A stretch of 59,153 bases of DNA, filler included. It is 9 parts of 9 records of this genome, joined end to end, with 100 filler letters (N's around TTAATTAATTAA, not from the genome) between each part and the next. Parts side by side here need not be neighbours in the genome. Positions count along the whole stretch, not along the records: positions 1 to 7,901 come from SRR31156797_7828; positions 8,002 to 15,003 come from SRR31156797_7849; 7 more parts are not named here. The stretch is one strand, 5' to 3'. Numbering within the stretch: the first letter of the stretch is position 1; each line of letters opens with the position of its first letter. The notes under the pieces are model-generated. The model was given only the letters and a program-made list of their open reading frames with translations. It searched no databases and had not been told where the DNA came from. Shown here in pieces: positions 1 through 9,644 of the stretch. Made by a program: the position numbers and the translations under genes.

Positions 1-1
1 C

Positions 2-871
2 CACCGCCATACCTTCAGGGAATGTTACAATGCCTGGATGGGAGCCAAAGCAGTGGGCGCCTATTTAAAAAAATATCATCCGGCAAGAATTAAAAAATAT
101 TTTTATATTACCGCCGATTACACATGGGGCCACACAACAGAGTCGTCCATGCGACATTTTTCCCTGACCGGGGACAGGACCCGTCACAAAGGTATAAAAA
201 CGACCTTTCCCAATGCCACTGAAAAAGAGCTGAGAAAGGCCATTGTATTTGCCAGGATGATGAAATCCGATGTTCTGGTACTGGTTCTTTTCGGACAAGA
301 TATGAGTACAGCCATCCGTCAGGCAACCCTGCTTGGATTAAAAAAAGAGACCCAGATCGTCGTTCCTAACCTGACCCTGGGAATGGCTGAAAACGGGGGC
401 CCCAAGGTGATGGAGAAGGTGATCGGGGCACTGCCCTGGTGCTGGCGAGTGCCCTATCTCAATGATTTTGGCCGGGGGAAAAGATTCGTTGAATCCTTTG
501 CGGCAAGATTCAACCGGTATCCGTCAACATCCGGTGCCTCCGCCTATACGATTTTGTACCAGTACAAGGAGGCGGTTGAACGGGCCGGCACCTTTGATTC
601 CGCTGCCGTTATAAGGAGCCTGGAAGACCATTCTTACGTCTCTTTGAAAGATGAACAGGTGTGGCGAGCCTTTGACCACCAGTCTGTCCAGAGTGTGTAT
701 ACGGTCAGGTGCAAGGCAGCCGATGAGGTGACCCGGGATCGGTTCAACCTGGATTATTTTCAAATTATAGAAATGATGCCGGGGTGGGAAGCGGTCCGTT
801 CAAGACAAGAGTGGAACCAGGTAAGGATAGATGCGGGTAGGCCGGTGGAATTGGAAGCATTGCCAGATTAA
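2..871 (+). CDS. Periplasmic substrate-binding protein, branched-chain amino acid (LivJ/PBP type 1) family; 5'-truncated
   Basis: Frame open from position 2 (HRHTFRECYNAWM...). ITADYTWG, ASAYT and RAFDHQSVQ motifs are typical of LivJ-like binding proteins. Confidence 0.8.
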   Translation, partial: HRHTFRECYNAWMGAKAVGAYLKKYHPARIKKYFYITADYTWGHTTESSMRHFSLTGDRTRHKGIKTTFPNATEKELRKAIVFARMMKSDVLVLVLFGQDMSTAIRQATLLGLKKETQIVVPNLTLGMAENGGPKVMEKVIGALPWCWRVPYLNDFGRGKRFVESFAARFNRYPSTSGASAYTILYQYKEAVERAGTFDSAAVIRSLEDHSYVSLKDEQVWRAFDHQSVQSVYTVRCKAADEVTRDRFNLDYFQIIEMMPGWEAVRSRQEWNQVRIDAGRPVELEALPD

Positions 872-891
872 ATCAATTTCCGGAGGGGCAA

Positions 892-3800
892 TTGGGAAAC
901 AAAAAAACTGAAGGTCTTTTTAAAGGAAGCATCAAAAACCGGATTTTCATGGGCTTTTTTGTTGCCGTCATTCCCATGGTGGCCATCATACTCATGAACT
1001 ATTACCCCGCCCGGGACAGCACGCTGGGCGCGGCCTCCAGGCTCATGTCCCTTTCCACACTAAATACCTCCCAAAGACTGGCATCCCATTTTGAATCACA
1101 GCATACCGTATTCTCCAAATGGACAAAGGATGATGTGTTCGGCATGGCCATTGAATTCAATGCCCTGGAGGAATTAAAGACACATTTTATATCCTTTTTG
1201 AAAGTTCATCCGGAATTCAACCGGCTTTTTCTGACCGATGAAACCGGGAAAATCCTGGAATGGGCTCTGGGCCCTAATCAAAACGACATTGATACGGAGC
1301 GCCTTACGACAGAATCCTTTCGTATTCCCCGGGACATGGCCGGCAAAAAAGATCTCCAGGTCCGTCTTATGGGCCATGATTTCAAGGCTGGGCCGGGAAC
1401 AGCCCGGCAGGAATCATTGACCGCTGTTTACACCTTCAGGACCCGGAGTTCCTCGGGACAACCAAACGGGTATGTTTTTGCCTTTCTTGACTGGTCCCGG
1501 GTACAAAAAATCGTTGACCAGATGGCCGGACAGATGAGGGAAAATCGTTTTAAAAGTAGCCAGATTGCCCTTGTGGATGCCGGGACGGAAACCATTCTCA
1601 GCCATTCTGACCGGAAGTTTTTGAACCGCCGCCTGCCCCATAACCGGGCCCTGACACAAATCAGTGCCAAAGCCCAAGAGGCCGTTGAAATTGCCACGGA
1701 AAGGGGCAGGGAATATGCCATCTCCACACCCATCATGATTGAAACAGTTGCGGGGCAGGCCGGTGGGAATAAGAATCAGGACGCACAGCTGGCCCTTGCC
1801 GTTTTTGTCACCCAAAAGGATATTCTTTCCCAGGTACGGAAAATTACCGGATTTGCCGTTGCCGTTGCCCTGGGTGGGGGCCTCCTCTTTTTTGGCATCT
1901 GTTTTTTACTGGCCCGTTCCATTACCCGGCCCATGACAAAACTGGTCAATGTCCTTGATGCGTATGAAAAAGGGGATATGGAGATCCGCGCAGATTTGGC
2001 GTCCGGGGATGAGATCGGTTTTTTTGCGGAAAAGTTCAATGCCATGCTGGAGCAGATCCAGGGCTCTGCCCGGACCCTTCAAAAAAGCGAGTCAAAATAC
2101 CGCACTCTTTTTACACAGCTCCAGAGTGCGGTCAACAAAAAAAACTATTCCTTCCGGTTCAACCCTGAATCCAAAGACGATGATCTGGCCCTTTCCCTGA
2201 ACCGGATGCTGTCCAAACTTGAAAAAGCAGATATCAGTACCGGCCGGCAGAACTGGCTCAAGAACGGCCAGACCGAATTGAACGATGCCGTCAGGGGGGA
2301 GCGCAACCTTGAAGCCCTTTGCCGGAAGGCTGTGACCTTTGTTGCCGGGTATGCCGGTGCCCGGGTCGCCACTTTTTATGTCAAAGACCGGGAAACGGAT
2401 GAGTTTTTGCTGACAGCCAATTATGCGTTCAGGGAAAGAAAAGGGTTTGTCAACCGGTTCAAACCGGGGGAAGGGCTTGCCGGTCAGGCCGCTCTTGAAA
2501 AACAAAGTATCCTGTTTGCTGATGTTCCCAAAGATTACATGCGTATTGAGTCTTCTCTGGGCCATACCCCGCCGGAACAGATTCTGGTCCTCCCCCTTGT
2601 TTTTGAAGATGAGGTGAAAGGAGTCATGGAACTTGGGTCCGTCAAGGGATTCGGCGACCTTGAAGTGGAATTTGTCGAGCAATCCGGGCAAACTCTGGCC
2701 GTGACCCTGAACACGACCATGTTTAATGACCGGCTGGAGGGATTGCTGGAACAGACCCGGGAGCAGTCTGTGGTTCTGGAGGAGCGGCAGGAAGAACTCA
2801 AGGCTGCCAACGAGGAACTGGAAGAACAGACCCAGGAGTTAAAGGAATCCGAGGCCAAACTCCAACTCCAGCAGGAAGAACTGCAGGCCAGCAATGAAGA
2901 AATGGAGGAAAAAACAGAAATTCTGGAGGCCCAGAAAGAAGAGATCGAAACAAAAAACGTCTCTCTTCAGATCAAGCAGAAAGAAGTGGAAAACAAAGCA
3001 GAGCAGCTGGAACTAGCCACCCGTTATAAATCCGAGTTCCTGGCAAATATGTCCCACGAACTGCGAACCCCGCTGAACAGCCTGCTGATCCTAGCCAATA
3101 TGCTGGCGGAAAATGAAGAAAACAATCTGACACCGGACCAGGTGGAATCCGCCGCCTCCATTCACCGCAGCGGCCGGAATCTGTTACGGCTGATAAACGA
3201 CATCCTTGACCTGTCCAAAATTGAAGCAAAAAAAATAGAACTTGATATTTCAACCATTTCCGTACAAAGTATCGGGGATAATTGTAAAACCGAATTTTTG
3301 CACATGGCCAGGGAAAAAGCCATTGATCTGAAAATCCGGATCAGCGAGGATCTTCCCCAGACCATTACCACAGATGAACTCAGGCTAAACCAGATTGTCA
3401 GAAACATTGTGGGAAATGCGGTGAAATTTACGGAAAAAGGCCAGGTCTCCCTGACCATTGAACGGCCTGACCGGGATGTCGTGCCGGATCATCTGGCAGG
3501 TGACCAAGCTGTGGCGATATCTGTTTCAGATACCGGTCCGGGCATTTCCGAAGACCAGCTCTCCTTGATATTCGAAGCATTTAAACAGGTGGACGGCTCC
3601 ATCAACCGCCGTCACGGCGGTACAGGACTGGGGTTGTCCATATCCAGAGAACTGACAGCGCTTCTCGGTGGAGAACTCAGTGCCCGGAGCACACCAGGCA
3701 AGGGCACGGTCTTTACCCTTATCATGCCCGGGACATACCGTTTCCCAGATACATCTGAGAAACCGGTTCCCGAAACAAAGGTTCCTCCAGAGAGCAGAAC

Positions 3801-5046
3801 GGATTCACAAGAGGAGGCCGCGGTTCAACCCGAAAAAAAAGAATTAAAAGAAAAAAAAAGGGGCCTGCCGACTGCCAAAACCATGCTGATAGTTGAAGAT
3901 GACCCCACTTTTGCCGCGATACTTGCCGATTTTTTTCAAAAAAACGGCTATGAAAGCATTATTGCATCGGACGGGGAAACAGGGATCAAGTTTGTTCTGG
4001 AGTACCAGCCCACTGCCATCATCCTGGATATCGGACTGCCCGGGGTGGACGGATGGGCCGTGTTGAGTGAACTGAAGAATAACCCTGCCACCCGTCATAT
4101 TCCCGTACATATTATGTCCGCCTTTGACAACACCCGTATGGGGCTTGAAAAAGGCGCAGTGGGGTATTTGACCAAGCCCGTGGACACCCGGGGGCTGCAG
4201 ACGGCACTGAGCAGGATAGAAAATGTACTTGTTAATGATGTCAAAGAGCTTTTGATCATCGAAGATGACCGGGAATTGAGGGCCAGCATGCTCAAGCTGA
4301 TGAAAACCAGGGATATCAACTGCATAACCGCCGAAACCGGCAAAAAGGGCCTGGACCTTTTAAGGGAGCGGGTCTTTGACTGTATGATCCTGGATCTCGG
4401 GCTGCCCGATATCAGCGGATTTAACCTCCTGGATATGATCCATGCAGACCCGGATATGAAAAAAATTCCGGTGATCATATATACGGGCCGGGACCTGAGC
4501 GAGGATGAGGCAAGCAAACTTGAAGGGTATTCCTCCAGTATTGTGTTGAAAAATGCCGCTTCCATGGCCCGGCTTCTGGATGAGACCGCCCTGTTCATGC
4601 ACCGGGTGGAAAATGATATGCCCGAGGAGCACAAAAAGATGATCCGGGATTTAAAGGACCGCGAATCCATCCTGCCCGGGAAAAGGGTGCTGCTGGTGGA
4701 CGATGATATGCGTAATGCCTTTGCCCTCAATAAATTTTTAAAATCCAAAGGCATGGAGGTCTCCATTGCCAACAATGGGAAAAAGGCCCTGGAGATTCTG
4801 GAAAATGAAACCAGACCGGATATCGTTCTTATGGATGTCATGATGCCGGTCATGGACGGGTATGAAGCCATGAAAAAAATCCGTGGGAACAGGGCGTTGA
4901 AAGATATCCCCATTCTGGCCCTGACCGCAAAGGCCATGGAGAGTGACCGTGAGGAATGTATCCGCTGCGGGGCCAATGATTACCTTTCCAAACCCGTGGA
5001 TACCTCAAAATTGTTGTCCATGTTGAGAGTATGGCTATACGCCTGA
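892..5046 (+). CDS. Membrane hybrid sensor histidine kinase (TM-sensor-TM-HAMP-GAF-coiled coil-HisKA-HATPase-3xREC)
   Basis: TTG start after GGAGG. Two hydrophobic helices, H-box FLANMSHELRTPLN, N-box NIVGNAVKFT, G-boxes DTGPGI and GGTGLGL, three REC domains (LIVEDD, LIIEDD, LLVDDD). Confidence 0.95.
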   Translation: MGNKKTEGLFKGSIKNRIFMGFFVAVIPMVAIILMNYYPARDSTLGAASRLMSLSTLNTSQRLASHFESQHTVFSKWTKDDVFGMAIEFNALEELKTHFISFLKVHPEFNRLFLTDETGKILEWALGPNQNDIDTERLTTESFRIPRDMAGKKDLQVRLMGHDFKAGPGTARQESLTAVYTFRTRSSSGQPNGYVFAFLDWSRVQKIVDQMAGQMRENRFKSSQIALVDAGTETILSHSDRKFLNRRLPHNRALTQISAKAQEAVEIATERGREYAISTPIMIETVAGQAGGNKNQDAQLALAVFVTQKDILSQVRKITGFAVAVALGGGLLFFGICFLLARSITRPMTKLVNVLDAYEKGDMEIRADLASGDEIGFFAEKFNAMLEQIQGSARTLQKSESKYRTLFTQLQSAVNKKNYSFRFNPESKDDDLALSLNRMLSKLEKADISTGRQNWLKNGQTELNDAVRGERNLEALCRKAVTFVAGYAGARVATFYVKDRETDEFLLTANYAFRERKGFVNRFKPGEGLAGQAALEKQSILFADVPKDYMRIESSLGHTPPEQILVLPLVFEDEVKGVMELGSVKGFGDLEVEFVEQSGQTLAVTLNTTMFNDRLEGLLEQTREQSVVLEERQEELKAANEELEEQTQELKESEAKLQLQQEELQASNEEMEEKTEILEAQKEEIETKNVSLQIKQKEVENKAEQLELATRYKSEFLANMSHELRTPLNSLLILANMLAENEENNLTPDQVESAASIHRSGRNLLRLINDILDLSKIEAKKIELDISTISVQSIGDNCKTEFLHMAREKAIDLKIRISEDLPQTITTDELRLNQIVRNIVGNAVKFTEKGQVSLTIERPDRDVVPDHLAGDQAVAISVSDTGPGISEDQLSLIFEAFKQVDGSINRRHGGTGLGLSISRELTALLGGELSARSTPGKGTVFTLIMPGTYRFPDTSEKPVPETKVPPESRTDSQEEAAVQPEKKELKEKKRGLPTAKTMLIVEDDPTFAAILADFFQKNGYESIIASDGETGIKFVLEYQPTAIILDIGLPGVDGWAVLSELKNNPATRHIPVHIMSAFDNTRMGLEKGAVGYLTKPVDTRGLQTALSRIENVLVNDVKELLIIEDDRELRASMLKLMKTRDINCITAETGKKGLDLLRERVFDCMILDLGLPDISGFNLLDMIHADPDMKKIPVIIYTGRDLSEDEASKLEGYSSSIVLKNAASMARLLDETALFMHRVENDMPEEHKKMIRDLKDRESILPGKRVLLVDDDMRNAFALNKFLKSKGMEVSIANNGKKALEILENETRPDIVLMDVMMPVMDGYEAMKKIRGNRALKDIPILALTAKAMESDREECIRCGANDYLSKPVDTSKLLSMLRVWLYA

Positions 5047-5053
5047 CCTTCGG

Positions 5054-5887
5054 ATGAAATTTATGGATATTGAAAATATAGAAATAAAAGTTCTGGTGGA
5101 AGCGGTCCGGATCAGGCACGGGTATGACTTCAGTCAGTATGCCGGGGCCTCCCTGGAAAGACGGGTCAGAAAATGCCTGACCGATACCGGATTAAAGCGT
5201 ATTTCGGATATGATCCCTCTGATTATCCACGATAAGGCGTTCTTTCAAACCTTTTTGCACAATCTTTCGGTCAATGTAACGGAAATGTTTCGTGATCCCT
5301 TGTTTTTTCTGGCATTGAGACAAAAAACTCTGCCTTACCTGAATACCTTTCCCTTTATCAAGATCTGGTCTGTGGGGGTGGCCACCGGTGAAGAGGTCTA
5401 TTCCCTGGCCATCCTCCTGAAAGAGGAAGGTCTGTATGAAAAATCTTTGATTTATGCAACCGATTTTAATGATACGGTACTGGAAGCTGCCCAAAAAGGA
5501 ATTTATTCTGCCGATACCATTAAAAAAAGTACGGCGAATTACCAGAAAGCCGGGGGGAAAACCTCCTTTGGCATCTATTACCACGCTGATTATGATTCAG
5601 TGATCCTGGACCGGGCCTTAAAAAAAAATATTGTTTTTGCCAACCACAATCTGGCCACGGACAGTGTATTTGGCGAGATGAATCTGATTCTATGCCGGAA
5701 TGTGCTGATTTATTTTAATAGAGACCTGCAGGACAGAGTGCTTTTACTGTTTAAAAAAAGCCTTCGACCCCATGGGTTTCTCTGTCTTGGAAGCAAGGAA
5801 ACCCTTGATTTTTCTCAGGTTTCACAGTCATTTACATCCACTTCCAAAAAACAGAAAATTTTTCAATACCAGGGTAAGAACGTATGA
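5054..5887 (+). CDS. cheR: CheR-family protein-glutamate methyltransferase
   Basis: GYDFSQY, VTEMFRD, IWSVGVATGEEVYS, ILCRNVLIYF, LCLGSKE motifs. Confidence 0.95.
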   Translation: MKFMDIENIEIKVLVEAVRIRHGYDFSQYAGASLERRVRKCLTDTGLKRISDMIPLIIHDKAFFQTFLHNLSVNVTEMFRDPLFFLALRQKTLPYLNTFPFIKIWSVGVATGEEVYSLAILLKEEGLYEKSLIYATDFNDTVLEAAQKGIYSADTIKKSTANYQKAGGKTSFGIYYHADYDSVILDRALKKNIVFANHNLATDSVFGEMNLILCRNVLIYFNRDLQDRVLLLFKKSLRPHGFLCLGSKETLDFSQVSQSFTSTSKKQKIFQYQGKNV

Positions 5888-6483
5888 CAGACACGGATAA
5901 AGTCAAGTTTCAGGCGGTTGTCATGGGAGTGTCGGCAGGAGGATTCAAGGCGCTTCACACGATTCTGCCCCTATTTCCCTTAAACTTTCCCTGCCCGATA
6001 CTGATAGTTCAGCACAGAAAGGGTGCAGGGGATCATTTTTTTGAGCAATCCCTGAACGGAATATGTCCGATGGCGGTAAAAGAAGCAAGTGATAAGGAAC
6101 CCCTTAAACCCGGCAGAATTTATATGGCACCAGGCGACTACCACCTTATGGTTGAAAAAAAATTTATATTATCCCTGTCCGGCGAAGAGCCGGTCTGTTA
6201 TGCCCGGCCATCCATTGATGTTTTATTTGAAACCGCATCAAGGGCCTTTGGAGAGCACCTGATCGGTGTGGTGCTCACGGGTGCAAATTCCGACGGCAGT
6301 GACGGGGTCAGAATGATAAAAGCCAAGAACGGATTAACCATTGCCCAGGCCCCGGAAACGGCTGAATCAAGTATCATGCCCCTTTCAGCCATTGAAACCC
6401 GGTGCATTGATTTTATTTTGCCTCTGGAAGAGATCCCCGGTTTTATCATGGGGCTATTGGAGGATGATCATGGAAAAAACTAA
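5884..6483 (+). CDS. cheB: CheB methylesterase (catalytic domain only, no REC)
   Basis: GVSAGG, IVQH, YARPSIDVLF, VLTGANSDG motifs; ATGA overlap with cheR. Confidence 0.93.
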   Translation: MTDTDKVKFQAVVMGVSAGGFKALHTILPLFPLNFPCPILIVQHRKGAGDHFFEQSLNGICPMAVKEASDKEPLKPGRIYMAPGDYHLMVEKKFILSLSGEEPVCYARPSIDVLFETASRAFGEHLIGVVLTGANSDGSDGVRMIKAKNGLTIAQAPETAESSIMPLSAIETRCIDFILPLEEIPGFIMGLLEDDHGKN

Positions 6484-7901
6484 CCTGAAACCGAAAATAC
6501 TTGTGGTTGATGATTCTCCGGAAAATATTCTGGCCCTTGAAATGCTATTGAAAAAGCTGGATGTGGATGTTGTTACGGCTGCCTCGGGTGAAGAGGTGCT
6601 TTCGGTTATGCTTCATCATGATTTTTCCTTAATTCTGCTGGATGTGATGTTACCGGAAATGGACGGGTATGAACTGGCTGACATTCTGCACAGGAGCGAT
6701 AGAACTGCTGATATTCCGATTATTTTCATTACCGCCATGGACAGGAACGACGCCATGGAGATTAAAGGATACAGCAAAGGGGCGGTGGACTATATTTTCA
6801 AGCCCATCAATGAAATTGTTCTTATCAGCAAAATTAAAATTCATTTGGAACTCTACCGGAAAAAGAAGCACATTGAACAGATACTACTTCGGCAGCAGAA
6901 CAAAAATCCAAAGATTCTCATCGTGGACGACAACCCCGAGAATCTGTATGTGTTGGAGAAAATACTGAAAAAACTGGATGCCGATGTCGTCAGAGCCGGG
7001 TCAGGAAACGCTGCCCTTTCCGCTGCCCTGTATGATGATTTTGCCCTTATTATCCTGGATGTACAGATGCCGAAAATGGACGGATATGAAGTGGCGGAAA
7101 TATTGAAGTACGATGAAAAAACAGAAAATATTCCCATTATTTTTGTGACCGCCGTTGACAGGGACAGTACCAAGGAGATCAAAGGGTATAAAAAAGGAGC
7201 GGTGGATTTTATTTTCAAACCCCTTAACGAGTTTATCCTGGTCAGCAAAGTAAAGATATTTCTTGATATCTATAGAATGAAAAGCGGGCTGGAACAGCTT
7301 GTAAGGGAGCGGACCCTGGAACTGGAAAGGGCTAATGCCGATCTTGCCGGCAACAATGCCCGCCTCACAAAAATTGTTGAAACGACACAGAAACTGGCTT
7401 CCTGTTCTGAAATGCGTTCTTTCGGTCACAGGCTGCTGGGTGAATTTGCCGATCACATGTCAGCCTCCGGCGGGAGCTTATATCTGATTGAAGGTGAAGG
7501 GCTGAAGCGGTTACATGCCATGGATTCCGGCCATGCACCGGAGTATATTCCTTTTCCTCTGTCTGAAAAATCCGTTTTTAAACAAGCAATACAGGAGGGA
7601 ACCCCCTTACTGGTTCAAGACCTGGCAAAATCAGACACCCTTGAGACCAGCGGCTGGACCGGCTACCGGAATCCTTCTGTCCTGGTTTTTCCCATCATCG
7701 GTGGAACCGGAAAGGTGATCGGTGTTCTGGCGCTTCACAATAAAGCCAAAGGGCCGTTTACCGAACAGGACAGGGAAATCGGCAGTATCCTGACATCTTA
7801 CAGCTGTGAAGTGATGAAAGAAGTCCGGGCATTTGAAGCGCTTCAGAAAAGAGAAAAGGATTTCAGAACCCTGTTTGAAAAATCCAATGACGCCATATTT
7901 A
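6470..7901 (+). CDS. REC-REC-GAF-(PAS start) signalling protein; 3'-truncated
   Basis: ATG 6470 after GGAGG. Two near-duplicate REC domains, a GAF domain (PSVLVFPI...IGVLALHNK...FTEQD) and a PAS start (FRTLFEKSNDAIF) at the contig end. Confidence 0.9.
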
Positions 7902-8001
7902 NNNNNNNNNNNNNNNNNNNNNNNNNNNNNNNNNNNNNNNNNNNNTTAATTAATTAANNNNNNNNNNNNNNNNNNNNNNNNNNNNNNNNNNNNNNNNNNN
8001 N
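7902..8001. other. Artificial contig-join spacer (N-run + TTAATTAATTAA + N-run). Also at 15004-15103, 21909-22008, 29793-29892, 36836-36935, 42277-42376, 48870-48969, 53992-54091
   Basis: Identical 100-nt structure eight times; the linker puts stops in all six frames; genes are cut off at the joins. Confidence 0.99.
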
Positions 8002-8003
8002 TC

Positions 8004-8198
8004 ATGATTGAAAAGAACTGTAACCTCGTAAGGGCCTGGCGGCTCCACCTCGGAAAGACCCAGAAGGAAGTGGCCATGCTCGCCGAGATCTCCCAGTCCG
8101 CTCTGTCACAGATAGAGAGAACTGAAAACAGCCGATCAGCCACACTTGAAAAGCTGGCGACCGCCATGGGCTTGAGTGTCTCACAGCTTACAGATTGA
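8004..8198 (+). CDS. XRE/HTH_3 protein (HigA-like antitoxin C-terminus), probably 5'-truncated
   Basis: VRAWRLHLGKTQKEVAMLAEISQSALSQIE is a classic XRE HTH; it lies at the contig start. Confidence 0.8.
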   Translation: MIEKNCNLVRAWRLHLGKTQKEVAMLAEISQSALSQIERTENSRSATLEKLATAMGLSVSQLTD

Positions 8199-8218
8199 TT
8201 GAAAAGGATTGACCTAGA

Positions 8219-8440
8219 ATGAAAAGACATAAGCTTCCTCCACTCCCGAAGCTATACACATGCGCTAATTGCCATAGAGAATTAAATGTGATGAACTATC
8301 AGTCATATCCAAATGAAGACACTCCGGAAGAGAATATTCATTATCAATACAATTCATACTACAGTTCATTCTCTATTCTTTGCACTTGTGGTCACTACAC
8401 ATACGTGACTTGGCCAAAGCCTCCCGATGAGCATCCATAG
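8219..8440 (+). CDS. Small hypothetical protein with CxxC and CxC (possible Zn ribbon)
   Basis: 73-aa ORF with CANC...CTCGH in an AT-richer patch. Confidence 0.45.
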   Translation: MKRHKLPPLPKLYTCANCHRELNVMNYQSYPNEDTPEENIHYQYNSYYSSFSILCTCGHYTYVTWPKPPDEHP

Positions 8441-8606
8441 CCCAGGGCATTGCCCAGTATGCCCTGGCAATTTCGGCGTATTCTCTTGAGGACTTGTCAA
8501 TCCCAATCAAAGATGCATTCCTGAAGGCAAAATTGATTGCAGAGAATACGCCTTCACAAATAAACAATTTCTCGATCGTTTCTGCCGGTTCAATTTTTAT
8601 AGTCAT
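8373..8606 (-). CDS. Phage hypothetical protein
   Basis: Start overlaps the stop of the gp26-like gene (TAATG) with GGAGGAG upstream. Confidence 0.5.
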   Translation of the reverse strand: MTIKIEPAETIEKLFICEGVFSAINFAFRNASLIGIDKSSREYAEIARAYWAMPWAMDAHREALAKSRMCSDHKCKE

Positions 8607-8917
8607 TACTCCTCCAGACCCGAATGGTACTTAATCCTCTGCCGCACCCACACCACTGGGGGCAACCAGATTGTTTCTCCAACATCAAGGGCCTCCCGAA
8701 TATCATCCAGTTCAGCCACCACCAAGACAACCCATTTAAGTTCATCCGTGCCGTAAAGCCTGTGAGAAATCAATTCCGGCATCAATCGCTCGTCTGGCTG
8801 GATTTCATACTCCGTCCACCCCTCTGTCTGATTTTCTGCGCCGGAACGAATCTCCCGGTAGAGCTCGGCCCGGTGAAGATCATCCCCAATATTGTACGGA
8901 CTAAGCCGTGAAACCAT
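8606..8917 (-). CDS. P1 gp26-like baseplate protein (LysM/T4 gp53-like)
   Basis: Y.IQPDE...PELISHRLYG..ELKWVV....LDD.....VG..I.LPP..WVR matches my recollection of P1 gp26. Confidence 0.72.
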   Translation of the reverse strand: MVSRLSPYNIGDDLHRAELYREIRSGAENQTEGWTEYEIQPDERLMPELISHRLYGTDELKWVVLVVAELDDIREALDVGETIWLPPVVWVRQRIKYHSGLEE

Positions 8918-8999
8918 AGAACCCCCAACCTTATAACTTTTTATCTTTCAAAAAAGATAACTTTATTTAATCATGCAAACCGTTCATAATCAATCTCTT

Positions 9000-9644
9000 T
9001 TATTCCCGTCTCCGCGCAGCCTCCACTTCCTTCAACCGTGTCATGGTGTACCCTGCGGTAATCGCATGGAATGAGGACAAGGGATTATCATCCCGGACTT
9101 CCGGTGTCAGCCAAACCTTTAGCATCTCATCCAGGTACCGGTGACTGACAGGCTCCACCATGGCGCCTACCACGCACAACAAAAGGCTCCTGTACCCAGC
9201 TGTGAAGGCGCTCCAGTTGATCGAATAGATAACTCGCCCTTTATCATCCTGCTTCTTTTCGACCCGTTGCCCTTCCCCGCCGGCCCGGATAACAAAATTC
9301 TGAAACTCCTTGGACACAATCAGGTTTTCCGTCTCCTGCAAGGCAAAGTACCAGTCCAGGGCCGTGTAAAAGTTGCTCCGGCCGGTCTCCCCATCCATCT
9401 CCTCGAGATTGAACTGACTGGCGTGTCGGGCAATATAATCTGTTTTTTCCTCCACGATGCAGACAAAGCCGTCCGCTTTTTTCTTTTTGATTTCTTCAAT
9501 GAGGGGTGCCTTCCATCGGCCAAACACGCCTTTGATCGGCAAGATGTGAGTCACCGCCAATTGCTCCCCGTTATAGACCGCATAGGCCTTGTATTTCTGT
9601 AGTCCCGCAAGTGAGACTGCAAATATTTTCACTATTTCTGTCAT
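9000..9644 (-). CDS. P1 Mat-like (particle maturation) protein
   Basis: VEEKTD, ALDWYF, DKGR..Y..NW and LLCV..AM.EP.S.R blocks resemble P1 Mat as recalled; ATGA overlap with pacB. Confidence 0.6.
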   Translation of the reverse strand: MTEIVKIFAVSLAGLQKYKAYAVYNGEQLAVTHILPIKGVFGRWKAPLIEEIKKKKADGFVCIVEEKTDYIARHASQFNLEEMDGETGRSNFYTALDWYFALQETENLIVSKEFQNFVIRAGGEGQRVEKKQDDKGRVIYSINWSAFTAGYRSLLLCVVGAMVEPVSHRYLDEMLKVWLTPEVRDDNPLSSFHAITAGYTMTRLKEVEAARRRE

